Source: Octopus bimaculoides (Eukaryota). From it: a stretch of 64,000 bases of DNA. The DNA is taken from NCBI RefSeq assembly GCF_001194135.2, contig NC_068981.1, forward strand, positions 86,191,049 through 86,255,048. Reading direction: 5' to 3'. Both the position numbers and the translations under genes were made by a program. Below, piece after piece: positions 27,175-43,140 of the stretch. The notes beneath the pieces are model-generated. The model saw nothing but the letters and a program-made list of their open reading frames with translations. It was not told where the DNA came from and made no database searches. Position 1 is the first letter of the stretch. The number at the start of each line of letters is the position of its first letter.

Positions 27175-27294
27175 CATTATTATTCAGTAGTCTTATTTTT
27201 ATCATGTTCTTTCACTGCACTACCAAGTGCAGCTCTGTGTGCCTTGGGTTTGTTGTGGTGTTCTTATTTTCACATTATTACTATTATTATTATT

Positions 27295-27341
<47 letters not shown>

Positions 27342-27350
27342 TATTATTTA
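27060..27350. repeat. compound trinucleotide microsatellites (TAC/TGC/TAT/CAT)
   Basis: Direct inspection. Confidence 0.95.
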
Positions 27351-28497
27351 TGCACCAGGCAGCAAATCTGGGAGAGGGTGCTAGGTGATTAAATTAACTC
27401 CAGTACTTGACTAGAACTTCATTTTATTGACTCCAGAGAGAGGAAAGAGAAAATTGATCACAGTGAGATTTGAACGTAGAATTATAATGATTCCGAACAA
27501 ATATTAACATTTCTGGTGACATCATGAACTTGCTCCTTGTATTAGATCCCAAACTAAGCAATCTTAAAGTGGACCATGTTTTTTTTTACTTTGTTTTTTC
27601 CTTGCTATGTTGCACAAAAACGTTGCACAAATGCATAAATAAATGCATGACTAAATAAAAGTGCAGTAACTAAAGTGCATTACTATGAATTGTACCTGAT
27701 CAGTAACCTAATTTTTAAGATGACAGACAAGTAATGTAAACATAACACACTTAGTCAAATGTTTGACTCCATTTTAGAAAGCACTAATTCCCCTTCAAGC
27801 TATAACTATGATTTCAGTTGAGAAAGTGTTAATTCTCTTTCAGTTTACAAAGAGTTAATACAGTTTAGAATGGGTTAATGGAGATGACTTATTAAATATT
27901 AACTACACCCTTAGGATGGTATAAAGGAAAAAAAATTCAAAACGGATATTTTTTTTTTTCAAATTGTTTCATTTAAAAAGAAATAAAGAATTTTAATTCG
28001 AAATTTTTGAATTGTCCTTTTCTTTTAAAACAAATGTACACAGACAGCATGTGCAAACATAAAAGCGTCTTTCACTAATACGGTATTTCCCCTCAGAGCA
28101 GTTTTGTCTAATCTGATGAACTGCTTTCAGTTAGTATTGTTAGAAACAAATTAAGGACAGTGAATTAGGTAAGGAGCTTATGAGGGAGGAGTAGATTAGT
28201 ACACATTCTTATCTAAAAACTTAAATAAAGCTGAGATATGACATAAGTAATGAGATGTGATGCAATTCAGTTTTGCCTTTAAGGAAATAAGAATTCAGTT
28301 TGATTTAAAAGGGAATTTTAGCTTCTTTTCATAATATCAAAATTAATATTGGTTTATAGTTATTAGACATCTAAATTTTGGTCAGAAGACTGGTCTATCT
28401 ACAATATATCTAACACGCAATGGTTATTAAGAAAATTTGCTTATAGTAAAAAGTGGTGATAATGATACTGTTATAGATAGGTACTATATATACATAT

Positions 28498-28543
<46 letters not shown>

Positions 28544-28602
28544 GTAGACCGACCGACAGACAGACAGACAGTTACATAATATACATTATAATAATACATA
28601 TG

Positions 28603-28649
<47 letters not shown>

Positions 28650-28884
28650 TTCTATGTCAGTGTTTGTCTCCCCAACATCGCTTGACAACCGATGCTGGTG
28701 TGTTTATGTCTCCGTAACTTAGCGGTTCGGCAAAAGAGACCGATAGAATAAGTACTAGGCTTACAAAGAATAAGTCCTGGGGTCGATTTGTTCAACTAAA
28801 GGCGGTGCTCTAGCATGGCCACAGTCAAATGACTGAAGCAAGTAAAAGAATATACATGATATTATATACATATACATACATACA

Positions 28885-28936
<52 letters not shown>

Positions 28937-28937
28937 C

Positions 28938-29170
28938 CGGAGTAAGCACATGAAATGTGCAACAAGGTGGAAAAAAGAGTACTCAAATACCAGAGGTAGA
29001 GTAATATGCTNNNNNNNNNNGGAGTAAGCACATGAAATGTGCAACAAGGTGGAAAAAAGAGTACTCAAATACCAGAGGTAGAGTAATATGCTTTATTTAA
29101 AAGCAGCAGAAATATAACAAAAAACTGTTACTCTGAGTTTCACGTTCCCGTTCATCGGACAGTTTTGTTT
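28938..29170 (-). mobile_element. hammerhead-containing repeat next to (TA)n (Penelope pLTR- or retrozyme-like)
   Basis: Contains the HHR at 29121-29166. The 28938-29010 segment is duplicated across a 10-N gap (assembly overlap). Confidence 0.55.
29121..29166 (-). ncRNA. minimal type-I hammerhead ribozyme
   Basis: Minus strand: AAAACUGU CCGAUGA ACG-GGAA-CGU GAAA CUC-A-GAG UA ACAGUUUU. Perfect 8-bp stem I, 3-bp stem II with GNRA loop, 4-bp stem III, GUA site; only core deviation is U4C. Confidence 0.85.
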
Positions 29171-30521
29171 GCATGGCATTCAGTTACTCAACAAATGAAA
29201 AATGCATTAAATACTACAAAACATACACATAGGACAGACACAGAAGGACCCTAATTCTTCATCACTTATCGGCCAAAATACTAATACTCAGTTTCGTGCC
29301 TTTAACAATAAGACTGAGAACTTTGTTTATCGGCAGCACCCACAAAATTTGAGGAGAATTAGGGCTCAAGCAAATAAAACAATACAGGGTGAATGTACGA
29401 AAGTAAACAAATGTAATTTGAAACAATAGATGAAGATGGAATAAATACAGCTTTTGGCCAAACACAAGAGTGATGGGTAATACCTATCATTAAAGGCACA
29501 AAACTGAGTATTAGTATTTTGGTCAATAACTGATGAAGAATTAGAGTCCTTCTGTGTCTGTCCTACATGTATGCTTTGCAGTATTTAATGCAATTTTCAT
29601 TTATTGAGTAACTTAATACCACACATCCCGACTTTTTTATATATTTTTTGTGACTATCTTTTTTTTCTTTCTCTCTCATCTTTTTCTAGCATCCCAACTT
29701 CCACTCTCCCTCTCTCTCTTGTCTTCTCACTCTTAACTATAGACTTTCTCCCTTCTTTCCTTCCTTCTCTGTTCTCTCTGCTGCTCTCTCTCTCTCTCCC
29801 TCTCTCTCCCCCTCTCTCTCTCTCTCCCTCTCTCTCTCATCCTCCTTCCCTTCTATCTACTACTCACATGTGTCCCGTGACTAATTTTCTCATCTCTCTG
29901 CCTTTTTGCCCCCCCGGATGCTTGGCTTGCCGGTCAACGTCTTCTCCTCTCTTGCTATTTCTCTTTATATATTCATTGAGGATTTCTTCTTGGTATTATC
30001 CACCACCCTCATGTTTGGCCGAAAGGCTGTATTTATTCCATCTTGGTCTACCATTTTAAATTGCATTTGTTTACTTTCATACATCCACCCTGTATTGTTG
30101 NNNNNNNNNNNNNNNNNNNNNNNNNNNNNNNNNNNNNNNNNNNNNNNNNNNNNNNNNNNNNNNNNNNNNNNNNNNNNNNNNNNNNNNNNNNNNNNNNNNN
30201 NNNNNNNNNNNNNNNNNNNNNNNNNNNNNNNNNNNNNNNNNNNNNNNNNNNNNNNNNNNNNNNNNNNNNNNNNNNNNNNNNNNNNNNNNNNNNNNNNNNN
30301 NNNNNNNNNNNNNNNNNNNNNNNNNNNNNNNNNNNNNNNNNNNNNNNNNNNNNNNNNNNNNNNNNNNNNNNNNNNNNNNNNNNNNNNNNNNNNNNNNNNN
30401 NNNNNNNNNNNNNNNNNNNNNNNNNNNNNNNNNNNNNNNNNNNNNNNNNNNNNNNNNNNNNNNNNNNNNNNNNNNNNNNNNNNNNNNNNNNNNNNNNNNN
30501 NNNNNNNNNNNNNNNNNTATA

Positions 30522-30737
30522 TAGGGTTGTCCGGAAAGTTCGTGCCAATTTTTAAAAGAAAGAAAAAGGTCAATAAATACTTGCCATTACATTTTTAATC
30601 AACCAAATATGAACCATTTTGTCTCCATCTTTTCTTTAACATGAAAATACCCTCTTTCCAGAATTGAGGTGGTTTCATGGTAAATAAGTTGAAAGTAAAG
30701 CTGCTATAAATTGGCACAAACTTTTCGGACAACCCAA
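30522..30737. mobile_element. mariner-derived MITE (216 bp)
   Basis: TIRs tagggttgtccggaaagttcgtgccaattt / aaattggcacaaacttttcggacaacccaa in TA context; TIR ends shared with 53318-54599. Confidence 0.85.
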
Positions 30738-31034
30738 TATATATATGCAAGAGTTAAGGAATTGAGTAGATAAGATCCGGAATCTTATCTACTCCATTCC
30801 TTCACTCTTGCATACCCGGCAACACTGGTCGTCTACCGTGGAATATAAATAGAGCTTATTTCTTTTTATTGTAATTCAATACGAAAAAATCCACAACCTT
30901 CTGCCTCAATAAACGACTATTTTCCTTGAAAGTTGTTTTATTTGTATTTATTACTGGTTGCTTGAAGCTAACTTTCTTTCTACACCTCAATCCTTAGATC
31001 TTATATTTATATATATATATATATATATATATAA

Positions 31035-31537
31035 ATGAAATCTAAATCGAAATCGTAATTGAACCAAATTCGATGACTGGCACCTGTGCCAGTGGAACGC
31101 TAACAGCACCGTCCAAGCGTGATCATTGTCGGAGTAGCTGTCTGGCTTCCTTGCCAGTGGCACATAAATAGCACCAGTTGAGCGTGATCGTTACCAGCGT
31201 CGCCTTACTGGCACTTGTGCTGGTGGCACATGAAAAAACATTTGAGCGAGGTTGTTGCCAGTGCCACTGGACTGGCTCCTGTGCAGGTGGCACGTAAAAA
31301 AAACACCTTTTTGAGCGTGGCCATTGCCAGTACCGCCTGACTGGCCCTCCAGCCGGTGGCACATAAGAGCACCCACTACACTCTCAGAGTGGTTGGCATT
31401 AGGAAGGGCATCCAGCTGTAGAAACTCTGCCAGATCAGAGTGGAGCCTGGTGCAACCATCCGATTCGCCAGTCCTCAGTCAAATCATCCAACCCATGCTA
31501 GCATGGAAAGCGGACGTCAAACAATGATGATGATGAT
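31035..31537 (+). mobile_element. SINE family B, long copy with internal ~60-bp subrepeats
   Basis: Repeated tgccag...gtggcac units, then the conserved 3' end and (gat)n. Confidence 0.85.
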
Positions 31538-33003
31538 ATATAAGCATCTTCAGTGTTGTATAGGTATTTGTGAGAGTTTAAGGTGATGTAGCTGAGATAT
31601 ATTATGTATAGTTATGATACCACCTATGTGAATGGACTCTCCAGTCTTATTGATTTGTAGTTTGGAATTTGAAAGGGTTGCAATATGTGGAACATCATGC
31701 AAGCTAACATATGTTTTGTTTGTTTTATTATTTTTTGGAGTTTTTTTCCCACTTCTATGAAAATGTTTCCAGGCCATTAGTACTGCTGTAGTCTTTCTTC
31801 ATTTGTGTTATGTTTACAAGGTTTCTCATAAATAGCATTATAATAAGAGTTTCATTCAACATACCTTAGTGTTGAAGTTCCATCATTCAATCAACATTCA
31901 AGTCATGATCATAATGTCTTCTTTTTTTAGCATATTATATTCATCACTAATTTATCTACTGTATTCACCATTTGTAAGCTAATAGGGGAATGGTAAAAGC
32001 ATCTGCATGATTGTTTCACCTTCAAGAAATGACAGTCAAATTTCCTTCAAAGTTTACCATAGGAAATTACTTCATAATTGGTCATGGTATGGTAAAAGCT
32101 TTAGAAATATAAACAGATATTCTCAAAATTTAAGACATAGAGGGGTTTCTAGGGTATTCAAACACAATTTTACTTTCATTTTTGCATATAGAATAAAATT
32201 AAAATGTATTGAATTAAAACTGGTGACTCTTTTTTTGATACCGCAGAAGGGTGTATTTGAGTGAATCAAGCTCAATAAATCAAGTACTTGCTTTATTAAC
32301 CATAGAATGCATTGTCTACCTTAACAGAATTTGAACTCAGAACAATATTACATCCAGATATCATAAAATATTTTTACCAAATGTACTGCCCTTGTCTTAG
32401 ACTGTAAGTACAACACTTATTGGATGATAGTGACATCTCTTGAAGATTTAATCATGTAATATATTAAAAGGTTCGCAAAGTAGATCACATCTCTTTTCAA
32501 GATATGTGTACAGAAGCTTTTGAACTCAGTTATGTGAGGTTATAGAACCCTCATACCTATTTGAAATTTTCTTAACTGTATTGTCTATTCGCAGTTAAAT
32601 GGACAAAGTCAGTATTTTGAATATGGACACAGTACAGTACTACTGATGGGATACAAATCATGGGCCCTAAATCATTTGAATGATACTCTTACCAACTCAT
32701 CTAAATGCAATTGTCTTATTTAGAAACAAGTCCAATTGTTACAGAGCACCATTTACCAAGATACCCAAGAATTCTACTTGTGTTTATTTTATTGACTTTT
32801 AAAAGATGAAATACAAAACTAAACACTGTAGTAATACATGTCACTTGGGTATTTACTGTTCAAGCCATCTACATCTTTATTCCATTCCTTTCATTTTCAC
32901 TCATCTCTTTTTCTATCTTTCTGGATAGATTTTATCCTTTGCAGTCTCCTCATTATTTATAACAAGAATAATGACAGTAATTTTTTTTCTTTTTCATTTC
33001 CAG

Positions 33004-33259
33004 GATCAGACCGATGTACCAGCTGGTGTATCACCTACTGTTGCCATTGCTGGAGCAACACAGTCAGGTGGTAGTTATTTAGCAGATGCTATGTCCATCA
33101 CTAGCAATGAAAGCACTAATGAGTCTATGACAGCAGAGGAGAACAAGCTGAGAGGATACTGGAATCGTCGACTAGATTTCATGCTCTCATGCTTAGGCTA
33201 TGTGATTGGTCTTGGAAACATCTGGAGGTTTCCTTATTTGGTACATAGGAATGGTGGAG
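33004..33259 (+). CDS. SLC6 transporter, N-terminus/TM1 exon
   Basis: Polypyrimidine-cag acceptor; [36 protein letters not shown]; GT donor, phase 1. First in-frame ATG at 33091; an upstream coding exon is possible. Confidence 0.95.
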
Positions 33260-34407
33260 GTTTGTAATTCATTGATATTTTTTAAATTGAAATATTTTGG
33301 GGAAAGGAATGACTAGTATAAGTTTGCTGCATGTACAGGTGTGGCTGTGTGGCTTAGAAGCTTGTTTTCCAAACATGGTCATCTTGGATTCAGTCCTACT
33401 GCATGGCATCTTGGGCAAATGCCTTCTACTATAGTCCCAAGCTGATTAATGCCTTATGGGTAGATTTGGTTGCTGAAAACTGAAAGAAGCCCATTATAAG
33501 CTGTGCATAACACCCACGTACACGTGACCATTCCAGACATGGAAATTTTATTTTGTACATATAACTATAAACATTTGACAACCATGAAAAAGTTATGTAA
33601 GAACCTCCATTCTTAAACGCTTTTTATAATTACTAATATTTTTCCTGGAAGACTTTTAAAACCAAAATAGATAAAACATGAAAATACCATATACTTTCTT
33701 GCTTTATTCTATCACTATTATCATTATTATTGAGTGAGAGAACAGCACATGTCATCAAAGTGACACTGGGGTACAAATATACAAAGCCCAACATACCCAT
33801 CATGACTACCCATCTGATAAGGGTACACCAAGCACATGTATCACAACCATGTGTACATGACATGGAGGTTTCATATCAAAATAAACACTGCATGACATTG
33901 TAGGTGGAGTCCAGTTAGAATCTTCTTTAGGTCAAGTAGCCCATCCTACTCAAAAGGTCCCTGAATAAGGGTTGTTTAAGGATGTTGAACAAAACACCCA
34001 TGTTTTCAGAGGTGGAAGAATTCCACTCAAGACATGACTATAATACTCCCTCACTGAATTCTGCTCATGATCAGTGATGCACATATTGTCAACCACTAAG
34101 GGTTATGCTCTACTGGTTAAGGTCAAACAACTGACAAGCAAATCTGTGGTATTGAGCAGAATATTTGCTGTAGCCCATCTTTTATACCAAGACAAAACAT
34201 TTACATGATAGCACTTCCAATCAGTTAGGATCTGAAGCCACGAGAGCCAGTGCCTGGTATTGCATCAGGGCTATTATTATTATTGTTGTTGTTGTTGTTG
34301 TCATTGTTGTTGTTGTTGTTTCATGATCTTACAATATTCCAAATACATTTCTTTTAAAAACTTATATTTGTACCTAAAGATATTTTTTTGTTTTTTTTTA
34401 CATTCAG

Positions 34408-34539
34408 GGGCTTTTTTTATCCCTTATGTTATCATGTTGATATTTTGTGGAATTCCATTGGCCTATATGGAACTTGCTTATGGTCAGTATGGAAGTCTTG
34501 GTCCAATAACAGTTTGGAAAGCAGTACCATTTTTCAAAG
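34408..34539 (+). CDS. SLC6 TM2 exon
   Basis: (G)[43 protein letters not shown]; ttcag/GT; phase 1-1. Confidence 0.95.
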
Positions 34540-36229
34540 GTTTGTAACTTTTATAAAGCTAAATTACATATGAGTCATGTTTCATGATATGAGTCATGTT
34601 TTTGAGAAAGCACTGCCCCGTTGTTATAAATATGCAGTTTAGCTCTTTTTTAAAAAATTCCATTTAAGCTCAGCAAAGGTCCCATATAGGAAGCTGTAGT
34701 CTTGGAAACCAAATTATACTTAATATTGGATTAAAATAAAGAGTTACAAGAGAGATTGCATATGATAGTCAGTAGGTACAGGTATGGTTGTGTAGCTAAG
34801 AAACTCGCTTTGCAATCATATAGTTTCAGGTTCAATCCTGCAGTGTGGCATCTTGGAGGAAGAGTTTTTTACTATAGCACCAGGCAAACCAATGCCTTGT
34901 GAGTGAAATTGATAGATGGAAACTGTGTGGAAGCCCATCCTGTGTGTGTGTTTTCATGTTTGCCCCCACCACCATCACCAGAGCCACTTGCACTTGAACA
35001 ATGGTGTTGGCTTGTTTACATTCTCATAACTTAGTTGTTTAGCAAATGAGACTGACAGAATAAGTACTAGGCTATTTAATAAAAACAAACTTAATACTGT
35101 GGTCAATTTAGATTATTTACATTATTTACAATTGATGGATATTTGTCCTCATCTTGATTGTTGTTAGAACACAACGTTTCGGCTGATACATTTGAGTATC
35201 AGATTAAATGCCTAGTAGGTATTCTGACTCTGTGTTCTGAGTTCAAATCCAGCCAAGGTCAACTTTGCCTTTTTTCTTTTCAAATGATAAGTAAAGTATC
35301 GATCCAAGGTTCTCAGTGTGTTATTATTTCAGTATCTCATCTGGAATATCATTATAGTGAAGTAATTTCTTCCAAGTTGAGTAACAAAAAGGGAAAAAGG
35401 AAAACAGCACCAAACTTAAAAGAGGTTGCATCCTTACTAAGTATCGGATCAAGCTAAAGTTACAAATGCTCAATACCAATGATAAAGGTGATTATTAGTA
35501 TGGTGGTGGTGGTGGTGGTGGTGGTGGTGGTATTGGTGGTGATGTAGTGGAGTGTGTTGGTGGTGGNNNNNNNNNNNNNNNNNNNNNNNNNNNNNNNNNN
35601 NNNNNNNNNNNNNNNNNNNNNNNNNNNNNNNNNNNNNNNNNNNNNNNNNNNNNNNNNNNNNNNNNNNNNNNNNNNNNNNNNNNNNNNNNNNNNNNNNNNN
35701 NNNNNNNNNNNNNNNNNNNNNNNNNNNNNNNNNNNNNNNNNNNNNNNNNNNNNNNNNNNNNNNNNNNNNNNNNNNNNNNNNNNNNNNNNNNNNNNNNNNN
35801 NNNNNNNNNNNNNNNNNNNNNNNNNNNNNNNNNNNNNNNNNNNNNNNNNNNNNNNNNNNNNNNNNNNNNNNNNNNNNNNNNNNNNNNNNNNNNNNNNNNN
35901 NNNNNNNNNNNNNNNNNNNNNNNNNNNNNNNNNNNNNNNNNNNNNNNNNNNNNNNNNNNNNNNNNNNNNNNNNNNNNNNNNNNNNNNNNNNNNNNNNNNN
36001 NNNNNNNNNNNNNNNNNNNNNNNNNNNNNNNNNNNNNNNNNNNNNNNNNNNNNNNNNNNNNNNNNNNNNNNNNNNNNNNNNNNNNNNNNNNNNNNNNNNN
36101 NNNNNNNNNNNNNNNNNNNNNNNNNNNNNNNNNNNNNNNNNNNNNNNNNNNNNNNNNNNNNNNNNNNNNNNNNNNNNNNNNNNNNNNNNNNNNNNNNNNN
36201 NNNNNNNNNNNNNNNNNNNNNNNNNNNNN

Positions 36230-37110
36230 TTTTTTTTTTTTTTTTTTTTTTTTTTGCATTTACAATAAAAGATGTTATTAAATTAGGCAAAGCAGATGGT
36301 GTTCTTCTCTCGCCGTTGGTTATGGCAAATGAGGTCGTATGATGGATGAAGCTGAAAGGTTTGTGGACTGATATCCCCCTTTGGTTAAGCCCTTATAAAC
36401 TTTTTCAATTTTCCACTTGGAAAAGGAAAGTTAGTGTGAAGAGGGATGTGCTCTCACACAGTGAATTTATCAAAAGGTGTGTAACTGTGGAAAAATGGTT
36501 AGAATAAATGGAACTACTCCAAGCATGTGTCAGTATATTGGAGAATAACAGTTAGGTGGTCTATGTGGTCAGACTGATCCTGGATCTGTGCAGTTCCTTG
36601 ATTGGCTCCAGTTGGATACTCTCTTCTGTCATGAAGACTGCATTATCATACCTAATGCACTTACTATAATAGAAATTGTTTCTGTTTTTAGATTCCACAT
36701 TCTAGTTACCTCTATTTCCAGGTCTTTGTATTTTCAAAGTTTCTCCATTTCTTTTAGAGAAACATTGTCATCTGTTGGTATTGATACATTGATTAGAAAG
36801 CATTTTTTTCTCTGTGAATTCTGACAACTATATCCATGTGTGTATTGGCATATGCCAGAGTATGGTTACTTTCTCATTTTCTTTGACCTTTTCTGGTGTG
36901 TGCCTATAACATCTTTTTTCTGTTGTTATTCCATAGTGTTGGCATAGCTTCCTGTGTATATAGGTCCCAACTCTGTCATATCTGTGAATATATTCCTTCT
37001 TAGCCAGGACAGAGCAGGCAGAGACAATGTGATTTATTATTTCTTCTCTGTCGCCACATATTCTGCAGTTACTTGTATTTCTTTTCATTACATGTTTTTG
37101 GTGATTTCTG
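36230..37110 (-). mobile_element. R4/Dong-like LINE 3' end (CCHC finger + RLE endonuclease)
   Basis: CRICGDREEIINHIVSAC...DIVVRIHREKKCFLINVSIPTDDNVSLKEMEKL*KYKDL; the poly-T at 36230 may be its poly(A) tail. Confidence 0.85.
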
Positions 37111-38000
37111 GTGGGAAGGCTTTGATCTTGTGTTGTTGTTGTTGTTGCTGTTATTATTATTATTATTTAATTATTTATCTATTTTTATTATTATGTTTTT
37201 TTATCNNNNNNNNNNNNNNNNNNNNNNNNNNNNNNNNNNNNNNNNNNNNNNNNNNNNNNNNNNNNNNNNNNNNNNNNNNNNNNNNNNNNNNNNNNNNNNN
37301 NNNNNNNNNNNNNNNNNNNNNNNNNNNNNNNNNNNNNNNNNNNNNNNNNNNNNNNNNNNNNNNNNNNNNNNNNNNNNNNNNNNNNNNNNNNNNNNNNNNN
37401 NNNNNNNNNNNNNNNNNNNNNNNNNNNNNNNNNNNNNNNNNNNNNNNNNNNNNNNNNNNNNNNNNNNNNNNNNNNNNNNNNNNNNNNNNNNNNNNNNNNN
37501 NNNNNNNNNNNNNNNNNNNNNNNNNNNNNNNNNNNNNNNNNNNNNNNNNNNNNNNNNNNNNNNNNNNNNNNNNNNNNNNNNNNNNNNNNNNNNNNNTTCT
37601 TTTTGTTTTTTTCTTTCTTTCCTTCCTTCTGCTACCTTTTATGAAAGACCGAAGACTGATGACATCATTTTACTTGGAAAGAAGCACAGTTATTCCCGTT
37701 TAAATTTGAATATTTCAGCATTTCCTATCTTTGAATTTAGTTTAATTTTAAATTTTTGAACTTGTAAAAGACACATGGAGAGTCAAAATATTGTTCATTC
37801 GTTTCATTTTCGTTTTAATAAACAGTCAATCTCTATCATTATTATCATTGTTTTTATTATTGTTATTGTTGCTGTTCTTCTTCTTCTTCTTCTTATTATT
37901 ATTATTTAATTATTTATCTATTTTTATTATTATGTTTTTTTATCACACTGTATGCAATATTTTCTGAATGACTTAGCCTGTTTTTATCATTATATTTCAG

Positions 38001-38202
38001 ATTGCAAAACTGAAAAATATCACCTGCCAAATTGTTCGGACATCATGAACAACACAAAAGAACAGGAATTGAACTTGGCAAATATTTCCGTCTCAACTAA
38101 CTGTATGTGGAATGCATCTTTCTCATTGTTTGCTGAAGGTTCCTCATCAGGAAGCTTGGAAGCCAATGTCACGTTCAAGACTCCCAGTGAGGAGTATTTT
38201 TA
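38001..38202 (+). CDS. SLC6 EL2 exon
   Basis: ttcag acceptor; (D)CKTEKY...FKTPSEEYF(Y); gtaagt donor; phase 1-2. Confidence 0.9.
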
Positions 38203-38565
38203 GTAAGTTCAGGCTTAGTTTTGATTATCTCTTGTTAATTGAACCAAATTAGAAAATTACAGCTGAACTTATTTTGTTCTTACAAAGTCAACAATAGTGA
38301 GATCCCTTGACACTTCACTATAAAATCCAAGTATTATTCCAATTTCTCTTTTTCTCTTTCATCTTATATGTATGTAAACATGTACATATACAGAGAAAGT
38401 CATGCACACTCACTCACACATCACAGGATTCAGTATAGTATCCATTTCCAGTTCTACTCACAAGGTATTAGTCAACCCAAGGCTATGGTAGAAGACACTT
38501 GACCACAGAGCCAGACAGTAGGAATGAAACCTAACCCTTTAGCTTTCAGATTATTCTGTCAAATG

Positions 38566-39235
38566 TACTCTTTTACTCTTTTACTTGTTTCAGTCATTTG
38601 ACTGCAGCCATGCTGGAGCACCGCCTTTAGTCGAGCAAATCGACCCCAGGACTTATTCTTTGTAAGCCTAGTACTTATTCTATTGGTCTTTTTTGCCGAA
38701 CCACTAAGTTACAGGGATGTAAACACACCAGCATCGGTTGTCAAGCGATGGTGGGGGGACAAATACAGACACACAAACACATATACACATATATATATAC
38801 ATATATATACACGACGGGCTTCTTTCAGTTTCCGTCTACCAAATCCACTCACAAGGCTTTGGTCGGCCCGAGGCTATAGTAGAAGACACTTGCCNNNNNN
38901 NNNNCCCCAGGACTTATTCTTTGTAAGCCTAGTACTTATTCTATTGGTCTTTTTTGCCGAACCACTAAGTTACAGGGATGTAAACACACCAGCATCGGTT
39001 GTCAAGCGATGGTGGGGGGACAAATACAGACACACAAACACATATACACATATATATATACATATATATACACGACGGGCTTCTTTCAGTTTCCGTCTAC
39101 CAAATCCACTCACAAGGCTTTGGTCGGCCCGAGGCTATAGTAGAAGACACTTGCCCAATGTGCCACACAGTGGGACTGAACCCGGAACCATGTGGTTGGT
39201 AAGCAAGCTACTTACCACACAGTCACTCCTGCGCC
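38566..39235 (-). mobile_element. SINE family A, with assembly duplication across a 10-N gap
   Basis: 38645-38894 is repeated identically from 38905 onward. Confidence 0.85.
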
Positions 39236-39470
39236 TTGTTTTGATTATTTATTCACATTGTCTTGATTTAATCATTCGTTGTCTCATAGCTTTATGATTT
39301 CAATGATGTGATTGTTTCTTTTTAGAATGACATTGTAAAATAAGGTAAGTGTGAGAGGCCAGGTCTGGCTGATTTGAACATAAAACAGGTAGAATATTTT
39401 GGCCGGATATGGCTAGTTAAAACACTAAAGAATTAAACTAGGCAGTTGCAAAGCAAACTTAACCACATAG

Positions 39471-39508
<38 letters not shown>

Positions 39509-39879
39509 ATGCAGCCTACACACAGTTTGATCTGTGTGACATTCACTTCATTTGTTGACATCTGGAGATTACAATGATTTTGGCATCTTGCAGTATTGCT
39601 GCCTTCTGTTGTGCCAAACAGCATAAATGCTACCAGTAAACATTTGGGCTTTTTATTTCTTTAATTATTTATTTCCTTGGTATTTTGCTGAAATACTGAA
39701 GAAGTGAGCTGCTGATTCACTGAAACACGTGTATATTGAAATATAAGAACATCAGTAACCTGACTTCTTTTAATTATATGCCACTCAGACTTTGCACTTA
39801 TGTTTACTTTCCAATATGTTGATTGAATTCATTATACATAAGATAGAGGAGTTTAATGTGGAACCAATCACTGAGCTCT

Positions 39880-42895
<3,016 letters not shown>

Positions 42896-43140
42896 TTCAT
42901 CATCATCATGATTATTATTTCTTTATTAGAAGCATGGTGGCAATGACAACCAGCATTTATCATCAACAAGCATAAAAGAAAAATATTATAACCTAAAGCT
43001 TGTTCTTTTGACCTCTGGGAATTGTCTTAAATTACCTTCAAAACACCATAATCCACAAATGGAAACTACAAATACACTTAATCTGTAGAACAAACTATTA
43101 CAATTTTTGTTACGTCTTTCCTTTTGTTTTTATTTTCTAG

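Noticed and set aside
28103-28160. CTGATGA...GAAA on the + strand
   Set aside because: Stem II does not close next to GAAA, stem III mispairs and stem I is weak; not a credible hammerhead.
28938-29091. Tandem duplication around a 10-N gap (also 38645-39154 and 37150/37890)
   Set aside because: Identical copies flanking placeholder gaps indicate unmerged contig overlaps, not biology.
29270-29340. CCGAUAA...GAAA CUGAG UA motif on the - strand
   Set aside because: G8 is lost, stem II is unpaired and stem I is mostly wobble; at best a decayed relic.
32585-32730. Candidate first coding exon of the SLC6 gene (also ~13900-14100 and ~14700-14850)
   Set aside because: Short frames with stops and no compatible donor; the start exon remains unidentified.
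36305-36330. AVGYG frame as the missing TM3 exon
   Set aside because: It stops immediately and lies in the LINE 3' region.
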